64,000 nucleotides of DNA from Octopus vulgaris (lineage: Eukaryota), in the NCBI GenBank assembly GCA_951406725.2, contig OX597817.1, positions 160,208,001-160,272,000 on the forward strand, given 5' to 3'. The notes beneath the pieces were generated by a model that had not been told where the DNA came from, ran no database searches, and saw nothing but the letters and a program-made list of their open reading frames with translations. Made by a program: the position numbers and the translations under genes. This document shows, piece by piece, positions 41,531 through 54,793 of the stretch. The first letter of the stretch is position 1. The number at the start of each line of letters is the position of its first letter.

Positions 41531-41888
41531 CACGAACCTTCTCTTTGCTCATGTCTTTTGTTCCTGAAGATATCGACTTGAAATACTTTAAACGGAACTT
41601 CAACAGCATCAGTCTCGCCATATCTGAGACGGCCTATATAAGTTATGGGCATCGTATTTTTCTACGGGCTTAGTAAAAATAAAAAGAAAGAAAAAAAAGA
41701 ATAATTACTTATAATGGTTGTGTGGTAAGAAGTTTACTTTCCACCTACAAAGTTTCGGGTTCAGTCCTATTGCGTGGCATCTTGGGCGAGTGTTTTCTAC
41801 AATGTCCCCGGTACCGACCAAAACTTTTTGAATTGTATACCGGAACTGAGAGAAGCCCGTCGTATATACATGTGTGTGTATGTCATTA

Positions 41889-41941
<53 letters not shown>

Positions 41942-42059
41942 GCCTGTCTCTCTTATCACACACTGTTTTACAACTAGTGTTGGTTTTTATGTTACCGTAA
42001 CTTAGCGGATCGGTAAAAGAAATATAGAATAAATCCAGATTTTTAGCAAATAAATAAAT

Positions 42060-42064
42060 AATAA

Positions 42065-42150
<86 letters not shown>

Positions 42151-42185
42151 AAACAACAACAACAGCAACAACAACAACGACAACG

Positions 42186-42222
<37 letters not shown>

Positions 42223-42284
42223 CAACAACAACAACAACAACAACAAAAACAACAACAACAACAGCAACAACAACAACGACAACG

Positions 42285-42352
<68 letters not shown>
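42060..42352. repeat. (AAT)n/(AAC)n compound microsatellite
   Basis: Directly visible. Confidence 0.95.
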
Positions 42353-42353
<1 letters not shown>

Positions 42354-42741
42354 GTTTCACTTATTTGCCACAAGGGCGAAGGATGAGGGGGACAATACAG
42401 AGACAGACATAGAGTGTGCTGGTTTACATATAATAATGAAATGATAAAAAAAAAACTCGGTATACACTGAAAAAGAAGGGACATATGCATAGTATACAAA
42501 GGTAGAAAAAAAAACGGCGGGAAGATGATAGAGATGTAGCCCTCTTGATACAGGAAGGCCTCTAGGGATAATCGAGGAACCCCCACTGTCCGAGATTTCT
42601 CTGAAACCTTAGGAGCAAGTGCTCTTTCCAATTCCTTCTCTCTGACTCACAGGTCTACACAAGGCCTGAAATGTTTTGGAGAGGGGGTCAGTCGATTAGA
42701 TCGACCCCAGTACGCAGTTGTTACTTAATTTATCGACCTCG

Positions 42742-42804
<63 letters not shown>

Positions 42805-43264
42805 TGCCTTGATGCAGTACTAGGCAGTGGCTCTCATGATTGGAAGTGTTATCATGTACCACAGATTTGCTTGTCAGTTGACCAGTTGACCATGTTCTTT
42901 TGTGGCTGACGATATGTGCATCTCTGATCACGAGCAGAAGTAGTGGGAGAGCATCAAAGCCATATGTTGAGAGGAATTCTTTGGGGATTGGATAATTCAT
43001 CTTTTTGTTTATCATCTTTCGACAGTCCTCATTCAGGGACCTTTTGAGCGGGATGGGCTACTCGACCAGAAGAAAATTCTAACTGGGCCCCACCTGCAAG
43101 GTCATACACTGTTTATCTTGATATGAGATCACCATGTCATGCACATATGGTTGTGATGCATGTGCCTGGTGTACCCTTATCAGACGGGTAGTCATGATGG
43201 GTACACTGGGCTTCATATATTTTACCCAAATGCCACTTTGATGGCATGCACTGCTCTCTCACTC

Positions 43265-43265
<1 letters not shown>
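42805..43265. mobile_element. Second copy of the (TAA)n-embedded element, with internal deletions
   Basis: Reverse complement of 35210-35767. Confidence 0.8.
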
Positions 43266-43324
<59 letters not shown>

Positions 43325-43602
43325 TATTATTACTGGCGATGCCCCAGCATGGCCACAGCCTTAGGGCTGAAACGTATGAAAGAAAATACTTGGGTCGATC
43401 TATTCGATTAAAAACCTTTCAATGCGGTGCCCCAGCATGACCGCAGTCCAATGACTATTACAAAAAGAAAACTTAAAAGTATTTTTTGATAGGTTTCTCC
43501 TTTGGCTTCGTTTTTTTTTTTTTTTGTGTCTAGCTTTTGATGGAAGACAAAGTGGGGGGGGGATAAGGGTGACTTCGACGGAGGATGTGAGTCGCTGTTT
43601 AT

Positions 43603-43831
43603 TTACTCTTTACTCTTTTACTCTTTTACTTGTTTCAGTCATTTGACTGCGGCCATGCTGGAGCACCGCCTTTAATCGAGAAACTCGACCCCTGGACTTA
43701 TTCTTTTGTAAGCCCAGTACTTATTCTATCGGTCTCTTTTGCCGAACCGCTAAGTAACGGGGACATAAGCACACCAGCATTGGTTGTCAAGCAATGCTAG
43801 GGGAACAAACACAGACACACAAACACACACA

Positions 43832-43885
<54 letters not shown>

Positions 43886-44046
43886 TACGACGGGCTTCTT
43901 TCAGTTTCCGTCTACCAAATCCACTCACAAGGCTTTGGTCAGTCCGAGGCTATAGCAGAAGACACTTGCCCAAGGTACCACGCAGTGGGACTGAACCCGG
44001 AACCATGTGGTTGGTAAACAAGCTACTTACCACACAGCCACTCCTG
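43603..44046 (-). mobile_element. SINE family A
   Basis: Match to family A. Confidence 0.88.
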
Positions 44047-44325
44047 GTTAACATTTTATAGCATTTGTCGGACTTATTTATTGCGATTATAGTAAAAGAA
44101 TCCTGAGGGTCTCTCTGTTCCTCTCTGTCTGTGTGTCTGTCTTTCTCAGTCATACAGACACACATACACTCGTACACACACACACACATAAACGCAGACG
44201 CACACATACATGCACTAACTACGTACACTAACCACGCAAACGTACATACATTAACAAAACAAACACGAATGCTCACACGCACACAGAACGTCGTACACAT
44301 TATCATCAGCCGCAACATCAATACC

Positions 44326-45368
44326 TATTTTTTTTACAAGGATGAAAGGCAAAGTCGACTTCGGCGGAATTTGAACTCAGAACGTAACGGCAGACGAAAT
44401 ACCTATTTCTTTACTACCCACAAGGGGCCAAACACAGAAGGGACAAACAAGGACAGACAAACGGATCAAGTCGATTATATCGACCCCAGTGCGTAACTGG
44501 TACTTATTTAATAGACCCTGAAACGATGAAAGCCAAAGTCGACCTCGGCGGGATTTGAACTCAGAACGTAACGGCAGACGAATTACCTATTTCTTTACTA
44601 CCCACAAGGGGCCAAACACAGAAGGGACAAACAAGGACAGACAAACGGATCAAGTCGATTATATCGACCCCAGTGCGTAACTGGTACTTATTTAATAGAC
44701 CCTGAAACGATGAAAGCCAAAGTCGACCTCGGCGGGATTTGAACTCAGAACGTAACGGCAGACGAATTACCTATTTCTTTACTACCCACAAGGCCAAACA
44801 CAGAAGGGACAAACAAGGACAGACAAACGGATCAAGTCGATTATATCGACCTCAGTGCGTAACTGGTACTTATTTAATAGACCCTGAAAGGATGAAAGGC
44901 AAAGTCGACCTCGGCGGGATTTGAACTCAGAACGTAACGGCAGACGAATTACCTATTTCTTTACTACCCACAAGGGGCCAAACACAGAGGGAACAAACAA
45001 GGACAGACAAACGGATCAAGTCGATTATATCGACCCCAGTGCGTAACTGGTAGTTATTTAATCAACACCGAAAGGATGAAAGGCAAAGTCGACTTCGGCG
45101 GAATTTGAACTCAGAACGTAACGGCAGACGAAATACCTATTTCTTTACTACCCACAAGGGGTTAAACACAGAGAGGACAAACAAGGGCAGACATAGGTAT
45201 TATGTCGATTACATCGACCCAGTGTGTAACTGGTACTTAATTTATCGACCCCGAAAGGATGAAAGGCAAAGTCGACCTCGGTGAGATTTGAACTCAGAAC
45301 GTAGCGGCAGACGAAATACCACTAAGAATTTCGCCCTGCGTGCTAACGCTTCTGCCAGCTCGCCGCCT
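44326..45368 (-). mobile_element. SINE family B tandem multimer (~184-bp period)
   Basis: Unit starts at 44401, 44585, 44769, 44951, 45135; flanking 16-bp duplication CCGCAACATCAATACC. Confidence 0.92.
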
Positions 45369-45718
45369 TAACCGCAACATCAATACCACCCTCACGAATG
45401 ACAACAACAGCAGCAACAACAACAACAACGTGTATAAAAAGTATAAGAGCGTTACCACCACCGCCACCACCACCACCACCGCTACCAACAACAACAACAA
45501 CAAAACCAACGGTAGCAGCAGCAGCAACTCCAGCATCGTTGACATTATCGCCACTGCCATCAACACCGTCACCAACAGCTATTAACGACAATAGACGTAG
45601 CAGAAGAGATGGTGGACAGATAGAAGCAACAAGTAGTGTAAACAAGTGGAAGGGTAAAAAGGGAGAGGGGTGAGGGGTGTGCGGAATGGAAAAGAAGAAA
45701 GCGTATTGGTATGTGTGT

Positions 45719-45760
<42 letters not shown>

Positions 45761-46185
45761 GAGTGCTACGGAAATGAACGGGAAGGAGACAGCGATGCGA
45801 TGTTAGTTGTAGCGGAGAAGGTGATAGTAGTGAAAGAGGAGGGATGGGGTGGTGGTGGTGGGGGATGGGGGGTCAGGTAGGGAGGTTGTCGTTGCTGTTC
45901 TGCTGGTGGTGGTGGTGGGGGCGGTGGGTAGCGGTGACGAAGCGACGGCGGCTGCAGCGGCGGTGGTGGTGGTGGTGGTGGTGGTGGCGGTGGTGGCAGA
46001 GGTGGTGGTTAGGTAGTGGTAGTGGTGTTGGTGGCGGTGGCGGCGGCGATAATGATGGTCGTTGCGGTAGCAATATCGCGGAAGTGATGTTGTTGGTGGT
46101 GGTATGACGATGGCGTCGGCAGCGACAGTAAGAAAATAGCTTATGCTGAAAAAATGCCTTTTTGAGGGGGGAAAATGGTCAGGAA

Positions 46186-46232
<47 letters not shown>

Positions 46233-46244
46233 ATATACATATAT

Positions 46245-46408
46245 AGGCGCAGGAGTGGCTGTGTGGTAAGTAGCTTGCTAACCAACCACATGGTTCCGGG
46301 TTCAGTCCCACTGCGTGGCATCTTGGGCAAGTGTCTTCTACTATAGCCTCAGGCCGACCGAAGCCTTGTGAGTGGATTTGGTAGACGGAAACTGAAAGAA
46401 GCCCGTCG

Positions 46409-46439
<31 letters not shown>

Positions 46440-46656
46440 ACGTGTGTGTGTGCGTCTGTGTTTGTCCCCCTAGCATTGCTTGACAACCGATGCTGGTGTG
46501 TTTATGTCCCCGTCACCTAGCGGTTCGGCAAAAGAGACCGATAGAATAAGTACTGGGCTTACAAAGAATAAGTTCCGGGGTCGATTTGCTCGACTAAAGG
46601 CGGTGCTCCAGCATGGCCGCAGTCAAATGACTGAAACAAGTAAAAGAGTAAAGAGT
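46245..46656 (+). mobile_element. SINE family A
   Basis: Match to family A. Confidence 0.9.
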
Positions 46657-46789
46657 ACACACACACACACACGTATATACATATATACATACATACATGC
46701 ATACCTACATACATATAAACATGTATGTACATATATGCACAAATACATCGATGTAAATTTAAGTATATGCATGTTTCTATGTATGTGAG

Positions 46790-46990
46790 GGTGCATGACT
46801 TAGATCGCGGTTTCACTTCCTGGACCGGAGATGCGTTGAGTTCATGAGCAAAACACTTCGTTTCACGTTGTTGCTCTGCGATCACTTGGACGCCTGACGC
46901 GTGGCACATCGTGTACCTTGTTCAGGCAATGTCGATATGAGACAGGGAATGATGCAGCACAAGCATTTCATCAGAATCAGTATAAACAAA
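46790..46990 (+). mobile_element. Decayed SINE-like element (3' part repeated at 47275-47350)
   Basis: GATCGCGGTTTCA..GAGCAAAACACTT; CAGGCAATGTCGATATGAGA..CAGTATAAACAAAT twice. Confidence 0.5.
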
Positions 46991-47649
46991 TTTCATTCGC
47001 AAAATATGCATTGTTTTAAAAGGAAGTAAAAAATCTAAAAATCAGCTATAATAATGTAGTCTTCCAGCCTCAATGCTATGAAGGTATAAGATTGTGGAGG
47101 AAAAAATTGAGGGAAAGAGTTACAGAGGTTTAAAGATCGGAGAAAACTCTATATTTTTAGCTAACACCGAGACAAATTTTCTGCGGTTAGCGGAGTGGTG
47201 TCAACTTTAAGGCTGCACCCAGTGAAATTTATAATTTAGTGTCTGTGACATGACTTGTTCATTGTAGGTTTCTACAGGCAATGTCGATATGAGATAGGAA
47301 ATGAGCTAATGCACAGCAAAGCATTTCATCAGGATCAGTATAAACAAATCATTTGTGGCAGTATAAACAAATCAACCTACGGGCACATCCATTTTCCAAG
47401 CCTTGTCTGCTCATCCCTGCATAACACTGAAGAGATGGAGATAGCCTGGAAATTTCGTTGCCTCTTAGCAGAAACGGCTGTAAGGAACTAGCACCTGCAC
47501 ACCCATTCAGTTTCTTGCCAATCTGCTCATTTGCTCACTTGTTTGTATATGCTTATATATTTTCTCACCCTTGTTTATGTAATAACCAGCATTTTCCACT
47601 TGATAATCTGTACCACTAATACATGTGTTTGCATTCATCTAATACATTT

Positions 47650-47887
47650 GAATAAATAGACATACTGGGATGTTTACCGGCTGATGTCTGTCGATTTTAT
47701 ATCCTCTCCGTTTTCTTATTAGCCGTATAAATCAAGGGTAAACCATTTTTACACTCGCCTATATATAATACTCAATTGCGAGATTGCCATGCAATAACTA
47801 GCACTTGGCTATGAATAACTGGGTACACTACCAGCAGTATACTGGATAGTTACTATCCCTTAGTTGGTTTTTCAACCTCTAACTCTC
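47650..47887. repeat. Interspersed repeat, diverged inverted homologue at 52072-52320
   Basis: AATAACTGGGTA..TACCAGCAGTAT..ATCCCTTAGTTGGTT versus its reverse complement. Confidence 0.65.
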
Positions 47888-48178
47888 ATATATATATATA
47901 TCGCATAACCAATGGTGAAAAAGAAATCTATCGGACTCATCGGGGAACTGAAACCGTGCCGTATCTCAGCATGCTCTTAACCATAAAAGGTGAACTCTAC
48001 AAACAACCGGGACCAGATGAAAGTCAACTTGTTTCTTTTGGTAGAACTCTTGCTTGTTCAAAGAATAATTTCTCTTGTTAGAATGATAGAAATAATCAGT
48101 TAATCCGTCACTCGGTTTACCAGCACCACCATTGCTCTCTTGGGTGCCCCTACTAAATTTCACTGTTACGAGCATTAT

Positions 48179-48229
<51 letters not shown>

Positions 48230-48414
48230 CCCAGTATGAATACTAAAGACTACTACTGAATTTTACGCAATCTCTGAAGACTTGACAATGTAACCAGATG
48301 AGAATTTCTTCAAACAGCCTGATTTTTAGTCATTGTTAATGAAACGTGCGTAAGATGATATGACTAAATGCTATATGAACAAACTTTCCTTTTGCTTTAC
48401 TTTATACATACATA

Positions 48415-48495
<81 letters not shown>

Positions 48496-49051
48496 GCCTC
48501 ACTCTTTCAGCCCCTCAAACGAAAAAAAAAATGATTGTTGATATTTTCTGTTTGATATAGCTTAGTCTATGTTCGGCCTTTATTTGACTCATGATGGTCC
48601 TAACACTCTTGTCCTTTAAACAAACTGACAAATACTGCATATGCTGACGAACATAGATAAAAGCGTTAGAGACGTTGTTTTCAGTTTTGTTTTCCTACAT
48701 TTTATTTGATCTTTTTTCTTTTTCTTTTTCTTTTTTCCTTTAAACAAGGTGGAACCGCAAGTAAAGTTGAAGTGTTAACAGCTCGATAAATGTTTTTTTT
48801 TCCATCACTTCTTCAGACTGAAATATTCTTGACGGTTTAAAGACGGCGGTCTACGTCATCAACCGAGTCCTCCTCCTTCTTCCCTCCTCCTAATCATCAC
48901 CATCGTCCTGATCATCACAATCATCATTTTCATCATCAGCAGTAGCAGCAATAGCACCACCATAACCATGATGATTGTAATTATGATGATGACGATGATG
49001 ATGATGATGACAATGACGACCACAATCATCATCATCATCATCATCATCATT

Positions 49052-49107
<56 letters not shown>

Positions 49108-49179
49108 CAGCTACACCAGTAGTAATTGCACCGCTATCACCACCGCCACATCACTATCATCACATATGTTACACAATTA

Positions 49180-49593
49180 GGCAGGAGTGGCTGTGTGGTA
49201 AGTAGCTTGCTAAACAACCACATGGTTCCGGGTTCAGTCCCACTGCGTGGCATCTTGGGCAAGTGTCTTCTGCTATAGCCCCGGGCCGACCAAAGCCTTG
49301 TGAGTGGATTTGGTAGACAGAAACTGATAGAAGCCTGTCGTATATATGTATATATATATATATGTATGTGTGTGTGTTTGTGTGTCTGTGTTTGTCCCCC
49401 TAGCATTGCTTGACAACCGATGCTGGTGTGTTTACGTCCCCGTTACTTAGCGGTTCGGCAAAAGAGACTGATAGAATAAGTACTGGGCTTACAAAGAATA
49501 AGTCCCGGAATCGATTTGCTCGACTAAAGGCGGTGCTCCAGCATGGCCGCAGTCAAATGACTGAAACAAGTAAAAGAGTAAAGGAGAAAGAGT
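49180..49593 (+). mobile_element. SINE family A
   Basis: Match to family A. Confidence 0.9.
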
Positions 49594-49755
49594 AATTAGT
49601 TTTGCACCATGGCTCAAAATTCGTGTCAGCATGTCTTGATTTCCTTTAGACCCGTATTGAGAAGCACCAGGCGATGCCTGATGTGCGTATCTTTGCCACA
49701 GATATATATAGTGTGTGTGTGTGTGTGTGCGCGTATGTATGAGTGTGTGTGTGTG

Positions 49756-49874
<119 letters not shown>

Positions 49875-49956
49875 AAAAACAAAAACAAAAAACAAAAAAA
49901 AATATATATATATATGTATACATACATATATACATACACACATACATATATGAATG

Positions 49957-50230
49957 TGTGGGTTAATCCAAAGACACCTGTTGTTAACGTCCTGTTATTT
50001 GCATTTGTATTTGTGTACCATTTTTCCGTTTTTTTTTCCATCCTTATTTTCGTATATATTCGCTGCTTTCTTCCAAGGAATCTAGTGGTCTTAGCTTAGT
50101 TTTTCCTTGGGGCTGGCCAGATTGGAGCAATCTCAAGTATAACCAGCCGAAATTGCAAAGATAATCTGGGACTCGACTGAGGAAATAAAACTCCGAATGA
50201 CCCGTCCTTGTTTTTTCTTGTCGCATGTTT
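49957..50230. other. (TA)n-flanked segment with a compact multi-stem, pseudoknot-capable motif
   Basis: Complementary pairs GGCTGG/CCAGCC, CCAGATT/AATCTGG, GCAAT/ATTGC within 50111-50169. Confidence 0.4.
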
Positions 50231-50530
50231 TATATATATATATATATTAGAAGAAATGAGGTAATCAGAATATCGGATGGTTCATGTTTATAGATATTTA
50301 TTTATAAATTACATTTTTTACATATATATATCATATCATTCAGATCATATCATTCAGATTATTAGCGCTTTCTCCCATTCCAGTGGGGTTTTCAAATCAA
50401 ATCAATTCCTTTGCGGGGAATTTGGTCATTTTATAGAGTTTCGTAGTAGTGAGGAGGAACAAGATAGTATAAGAGGGTGAGGTAGATGAGGAGGAAGTGA
50501 GAGAGAGAGAACATGTGTGTATGTGTATGT

Positions 50531-50584
<54 letters not shown>

Positions 50585-50689
50585 TTGTATCTGAGGCTAA
50601 AGAGAGAAAGGGGGATATATAAATGGTAACTAAATGAAAACTTCGAAAAATCCTTTTTTAAATCCAACAAACGGAGTTCTTGACACCAG

Positions 50690-51685
50690 ATGGTACAAAC
50701 TGAAGATAAGAAACAGAAGATAATTAACCTATCCAAAAAACTCTCTCAGTAGAAGAAATTAATATTTTGTCAAAAGGCCTACAATTTACCCCAACACCAC
50801 AGCACCCTAGCTCCAAGGAAAATACAGAACGATATTTCACCGTTCTGTAGAAAACTACGGCTAATAGAGGAATTGTATGATAAAGAAATCAGGGACGATT
50901 CAATTGTAAGCAATTAGAGCAATTACAAGTCTATGAAAGGTAAGAATAAAGCTTCAGATAAATTTTGTGATTTTATATCTACCTTCCCTTACAAAGAACT
51001 TCAACACCCTAAAATCCAGCTCAATACAAGTCGAAAGGAATGGGATATTATACATGAGCTGAAAAACAATGACGACATTATAATTAAGGAAGCAGATAAG
51101 GGAAGTGCTATAGTTATTATGGATACAGAACGTACGAAAGAGATGTACTATGTATATTGTAAGATATAGTCCACTAAGAAGAGGTAAATAATTACCAAAA
51201 ATCAAAGACAATGACTAATCTGAACACAGTCATTCACAGACATCAAAAAGGTTTAACAAACAAAGAATGTGACTACCTAACCTATTTTGATTGCAAGACT
51301 AGCTACTTCTACGGTCTCCCAAAAATCCATCAGAATCAAACTATTAAGAATGCATGTAAAGAACCAACTTCAAGTTGCATAAACATACAATGTCCCACCG
51401 ACCTTAAATTTAGACCAATCGTAGCAACCCGAACTGTGAAACACACAGACTGAGCAGCTTTTTAGATATATTATTGAAACCTATTTTAAAATTCATACCA
51501 AGTCTTGTGACGGACGACCTGCACTTGTTAAACCACCTTCCAAAATCCATAAACAGTGATACTACTATTGTATCTTTTGATGTGGTAAACCTCTATACCG
51601 CAACTACACACCAATATAGACTAGAAGCAATAAATTTCTGGCTTGAGAAATTCCCTCGCGAAATTCCATACAGAATTGAAAAGTA
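50690..51685 (+). pseudogene. Penelope-like element reverse transcriptase, N-terminal part, frameshifted
   Basis: IINLS..LSKGLQFTPTP, IIIKEADKGSAIVIMD, FYGLPKIH, KFRPIVA, VSFDVVNLYT: PLE RT motifs. Confidence 0.9.
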
Positions 51686-52020
51686 CAGTAAAACTCAACT
51701 ACACACACACACTCACACGCACACATACACACAAACACACACGCACACACCAACAAGGACACAAACGTATGTGCACATAAGGATACACATCCTAGAAGAA
51801 CAGAATGGAGTAAGTGGAGCAAGAACCCACACGTAAGCGAAAAGTATCGCTGAAGAAGTCACAGATGTGTGACTAAAGATTTCCGAACAATGGACATGAG
51901 TTAAAATAATAAAATAAGAACAGTAATAAACAAGTGAAGAAAATATATATGTATAGTGCGTGTGTTTTATTTGGCAAAAAAAATGACCTTCCCGAAATAC
52001 AACATTATATATATATATAT

Positions 52021-52064
<44 letters not shown>

Positions 52065-52528
52065 CTCCAAGAAAGTTAGACGTTGTGAATCCAACCAACT
52101 AAGGGATAATATCTGTCCGATATACTGCTGGTAGAATACCCAGTTATTAATACACAAATGTTTTTTATTGCATTGCAATTACATTACCTAGTGTACTAAA
52201 TGGGAGGGGGTAAAGAGATATTTTACCATTAGTTTATTTATAGAGCAATAAGAAAATGGAGGGGATCAATTGGTGGTTCAACTTTTAGACGTTATATTAT
52301 GTCAATTCATTTATTTATTTACTAGAATGACAATTACAAGAATATACATACATATATCACATATTATGCTTTACATATAAAATACATATATTAATATATA
52401 ATATTAATATACATATATTAAAATATATTAATATATAAAGATACCAGTAATTATTACAATATAACATATATGAATATAAATTGTGAAAATAATTTACAGC
52501 TGTTTCAGCTCTTGGCTGAAAAGTACAG

Positions 52529-52603
<75 letters not shown>

Positions 52604-52609
52604 ATCTGT

Positions 52610-52826
52610 ATGTGTCTGTGTTTGTCCCTGTCTCCCTCACCGTTTGACAACGGGTGTTGGTGTGTTTACGTCCCCGTAATTAGCGGTTCGGCAAAAGAAG
52701 TCGATAGAATAAATTCTAGGCTTTAAAAATAAGTCCCCGGGGCGATTTGATCGACTAAAAACCCTTCAAGGCGGTGCTCCAGTACGGCCGCAGTCAAATG
52801 ACTGAAACAAGTAAAAGAATAAAAGA
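52610..52826 (+). mobile_element. SINE family A, 3' half
   Basis: Match to family A from the internal microsatellite to the tail. Confidence 0.8.
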
Positions 52827-53583
52827 ATTCAATAGCGTATGACTGTATAAGCTTTATATTTTTAAACAATAATCTGAGTGGCAAAAGGATGAGAAACCAC
52901 CCAAAAGTTGATTGTCCGAAAAATTGCTGTCACACTTTACAATTGCTATTCCAGTTCCTGTGATTTTTAGCCGATTTTCAAAAGACATTCAAAACCAGCC
53001 AACAGCTGCCGTAGATGAGTGTTGTAAAAATGTAAGGAAAGAACAAAAAAAAAAAAAAAGAAAGAAAGAAAGAAAGAAAGAAAGAAAAATGAAAAAGAAA
53101 CCGCTGACATCATCACCTTCCTCATCACCGTCACTCAACACTCATATATATTCATATGAAATTGATCCAACAACGTTGACTATAGAATTTATACGACTAA
53201 AAAACAATTTTAAACAGCAGCTTGAGAATAATTTTATCCAGTTCCTGTAAGTTGTCATTAGATAGCACAATTTTTGACGAGAGTACGAGCAAAAATACAA
53301 AAAATAATTTTTCCTGTTTGTAGTTATTGACAATATCGCTGGAGAGACTATATGTAAACGAGATAACACATACAGCCGAATACTACTACTTGCCTTGTAC
53401 AGCTGTTATTACTCTGAAAGGACTCCGAGTAGATACTTGTTATATGGAATAAATGAACGTAAGCAAGCCTTGTGGATTACAAAACTAGAAGAAAATGTCA
53501 ACAAACTGCGCAACAGAATCGGGAACTTAGATACCAACAGAAGGTGTAACATGAATATATATATATATTTAACACTGATTACT

Positions 53584-53644
<61 letters not shown>

Positions 53645-53788
53645 TGAAATGAATAAATGAATTATCTTGTTACGGATTATTCAAAAGATAACCGATACCT
53701 GGGTAGCAAAAATCACAACAGAAAAATCACGGTTGAGGTTACGACCATGGGGTCTCAAACCCGTGCCTTAGTGCGGAAATTTGAAGTT

Positions 53789-53990
53789 TATATATTTAGT
53801 GTAGGAAGAAATGGAGCTGAACGAAGATTTAACAAAATTCCTTTTTATTATTTTCTACATATGTTTCATAGGGACTTTGCAGCCTTTGAAACATATGTAG
53901 AAAATAATGTAGAAAATAATGTAGAAAATAATAAAAAGGAATTTTGTTAAATCTTCGTTCAGCTCCATTTCTTCCTACACTAAATATATA
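53789..53990. repeat. Foldback inverted repeat (~80-bp arms; 12-bp unit triplicated in right arm)
   Basis: Arms 53789-53868/53887-53990; TGTAGAAAATAA x3. Confidence 0.9.
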
Positions 53991-54264
53991 TATATATGTA
54001 TATATACTGTCATTTACTTCTACAAAACATCAGTGGTTATACGCTAGGGTCTGCAATAACAAGAAACACTAATATAACTCATATTTCCTTTCTTGATGTG
54101 CTAAAGACGTAAACTGGTAAACTGGAAAAAAATTTACGATGCTCGGAAATTGCTAGACTTACTATTTCCGTCTGTTATACGAAGGACCAAAAGGAATTTG
54201 ACCAAAAGAAATACGAAATGCTCTTAGTTGATTGTTGAACGCTTTGAAAAATGTTTCCTAACTA

Positions 54265-54793
54265 CCGTAAATCCTCGAGTATAGTCCGCCCTTGAGTATA
54301 ATACGCAGGGGATTTTTAGGGGGCTGTACTTCTGAAAAACCTAAACCTTGTGTATAATACGCACCCCTTCTCTAATTTGAGTCGTGCATAATTAAGCCAG
54401 CAGCACCTAGTCGAATAAGCACTTCCGTGCATGCGTAATACAATAATGGTGATGTTCTTAACTGTTATATGGGAATGTAAATATGTTAGCAAATTGTTTT
54501 TATTACATGTTATTCTGTGTTCTGAATACTTTTATTTCAATAAATGTTGCTTACTGCAAGTTATGGATGATTCTTTTATGACTTCATTGCTTTCAAGCTT
54601 AGCTTAAGGTATTTTTGTGCCCGACATCACAAAATGCGCCTGAATAAACATTGCCGGACAGCAAATAGAGATTCGGACATTGCTTAGAAAGTATTTTTTC
54701 TTTTTAACCTCGTATATAGTTAGTACGCACTAGGGATTTTGACCTTAAAATTTTTTTTGGGGGGGAATGCGGATTATACTCGAGGATTTACGG
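54265..54793. mobile_element. Tc1/mariner-superfamily (pogo/Tc2-like) MITE
   Basis: TIR CCGTAAATCCTCGAGTATA.TCCGC at both ends; TA TSD. Confidence 0.88.

Noticed and set aside
44401-45318. Regularly spaced repeats suggesting a CRISPR or independent satellite
   Set aside because: Units are contiguous SINE B bodies with no spacers.
47400-47490. CTGAAGA..GAAACGGCTGTA hammerhead
   Set aside because: Core words are present but stems I and II do not pair convincingly; at most a decayed copy.
52912-53252. Possible host exon ending at a GTAAGT donor (53247)
   Set aside because: Low-complexity peptide, no recognisable domain or partner exons; needs RNA-seq.
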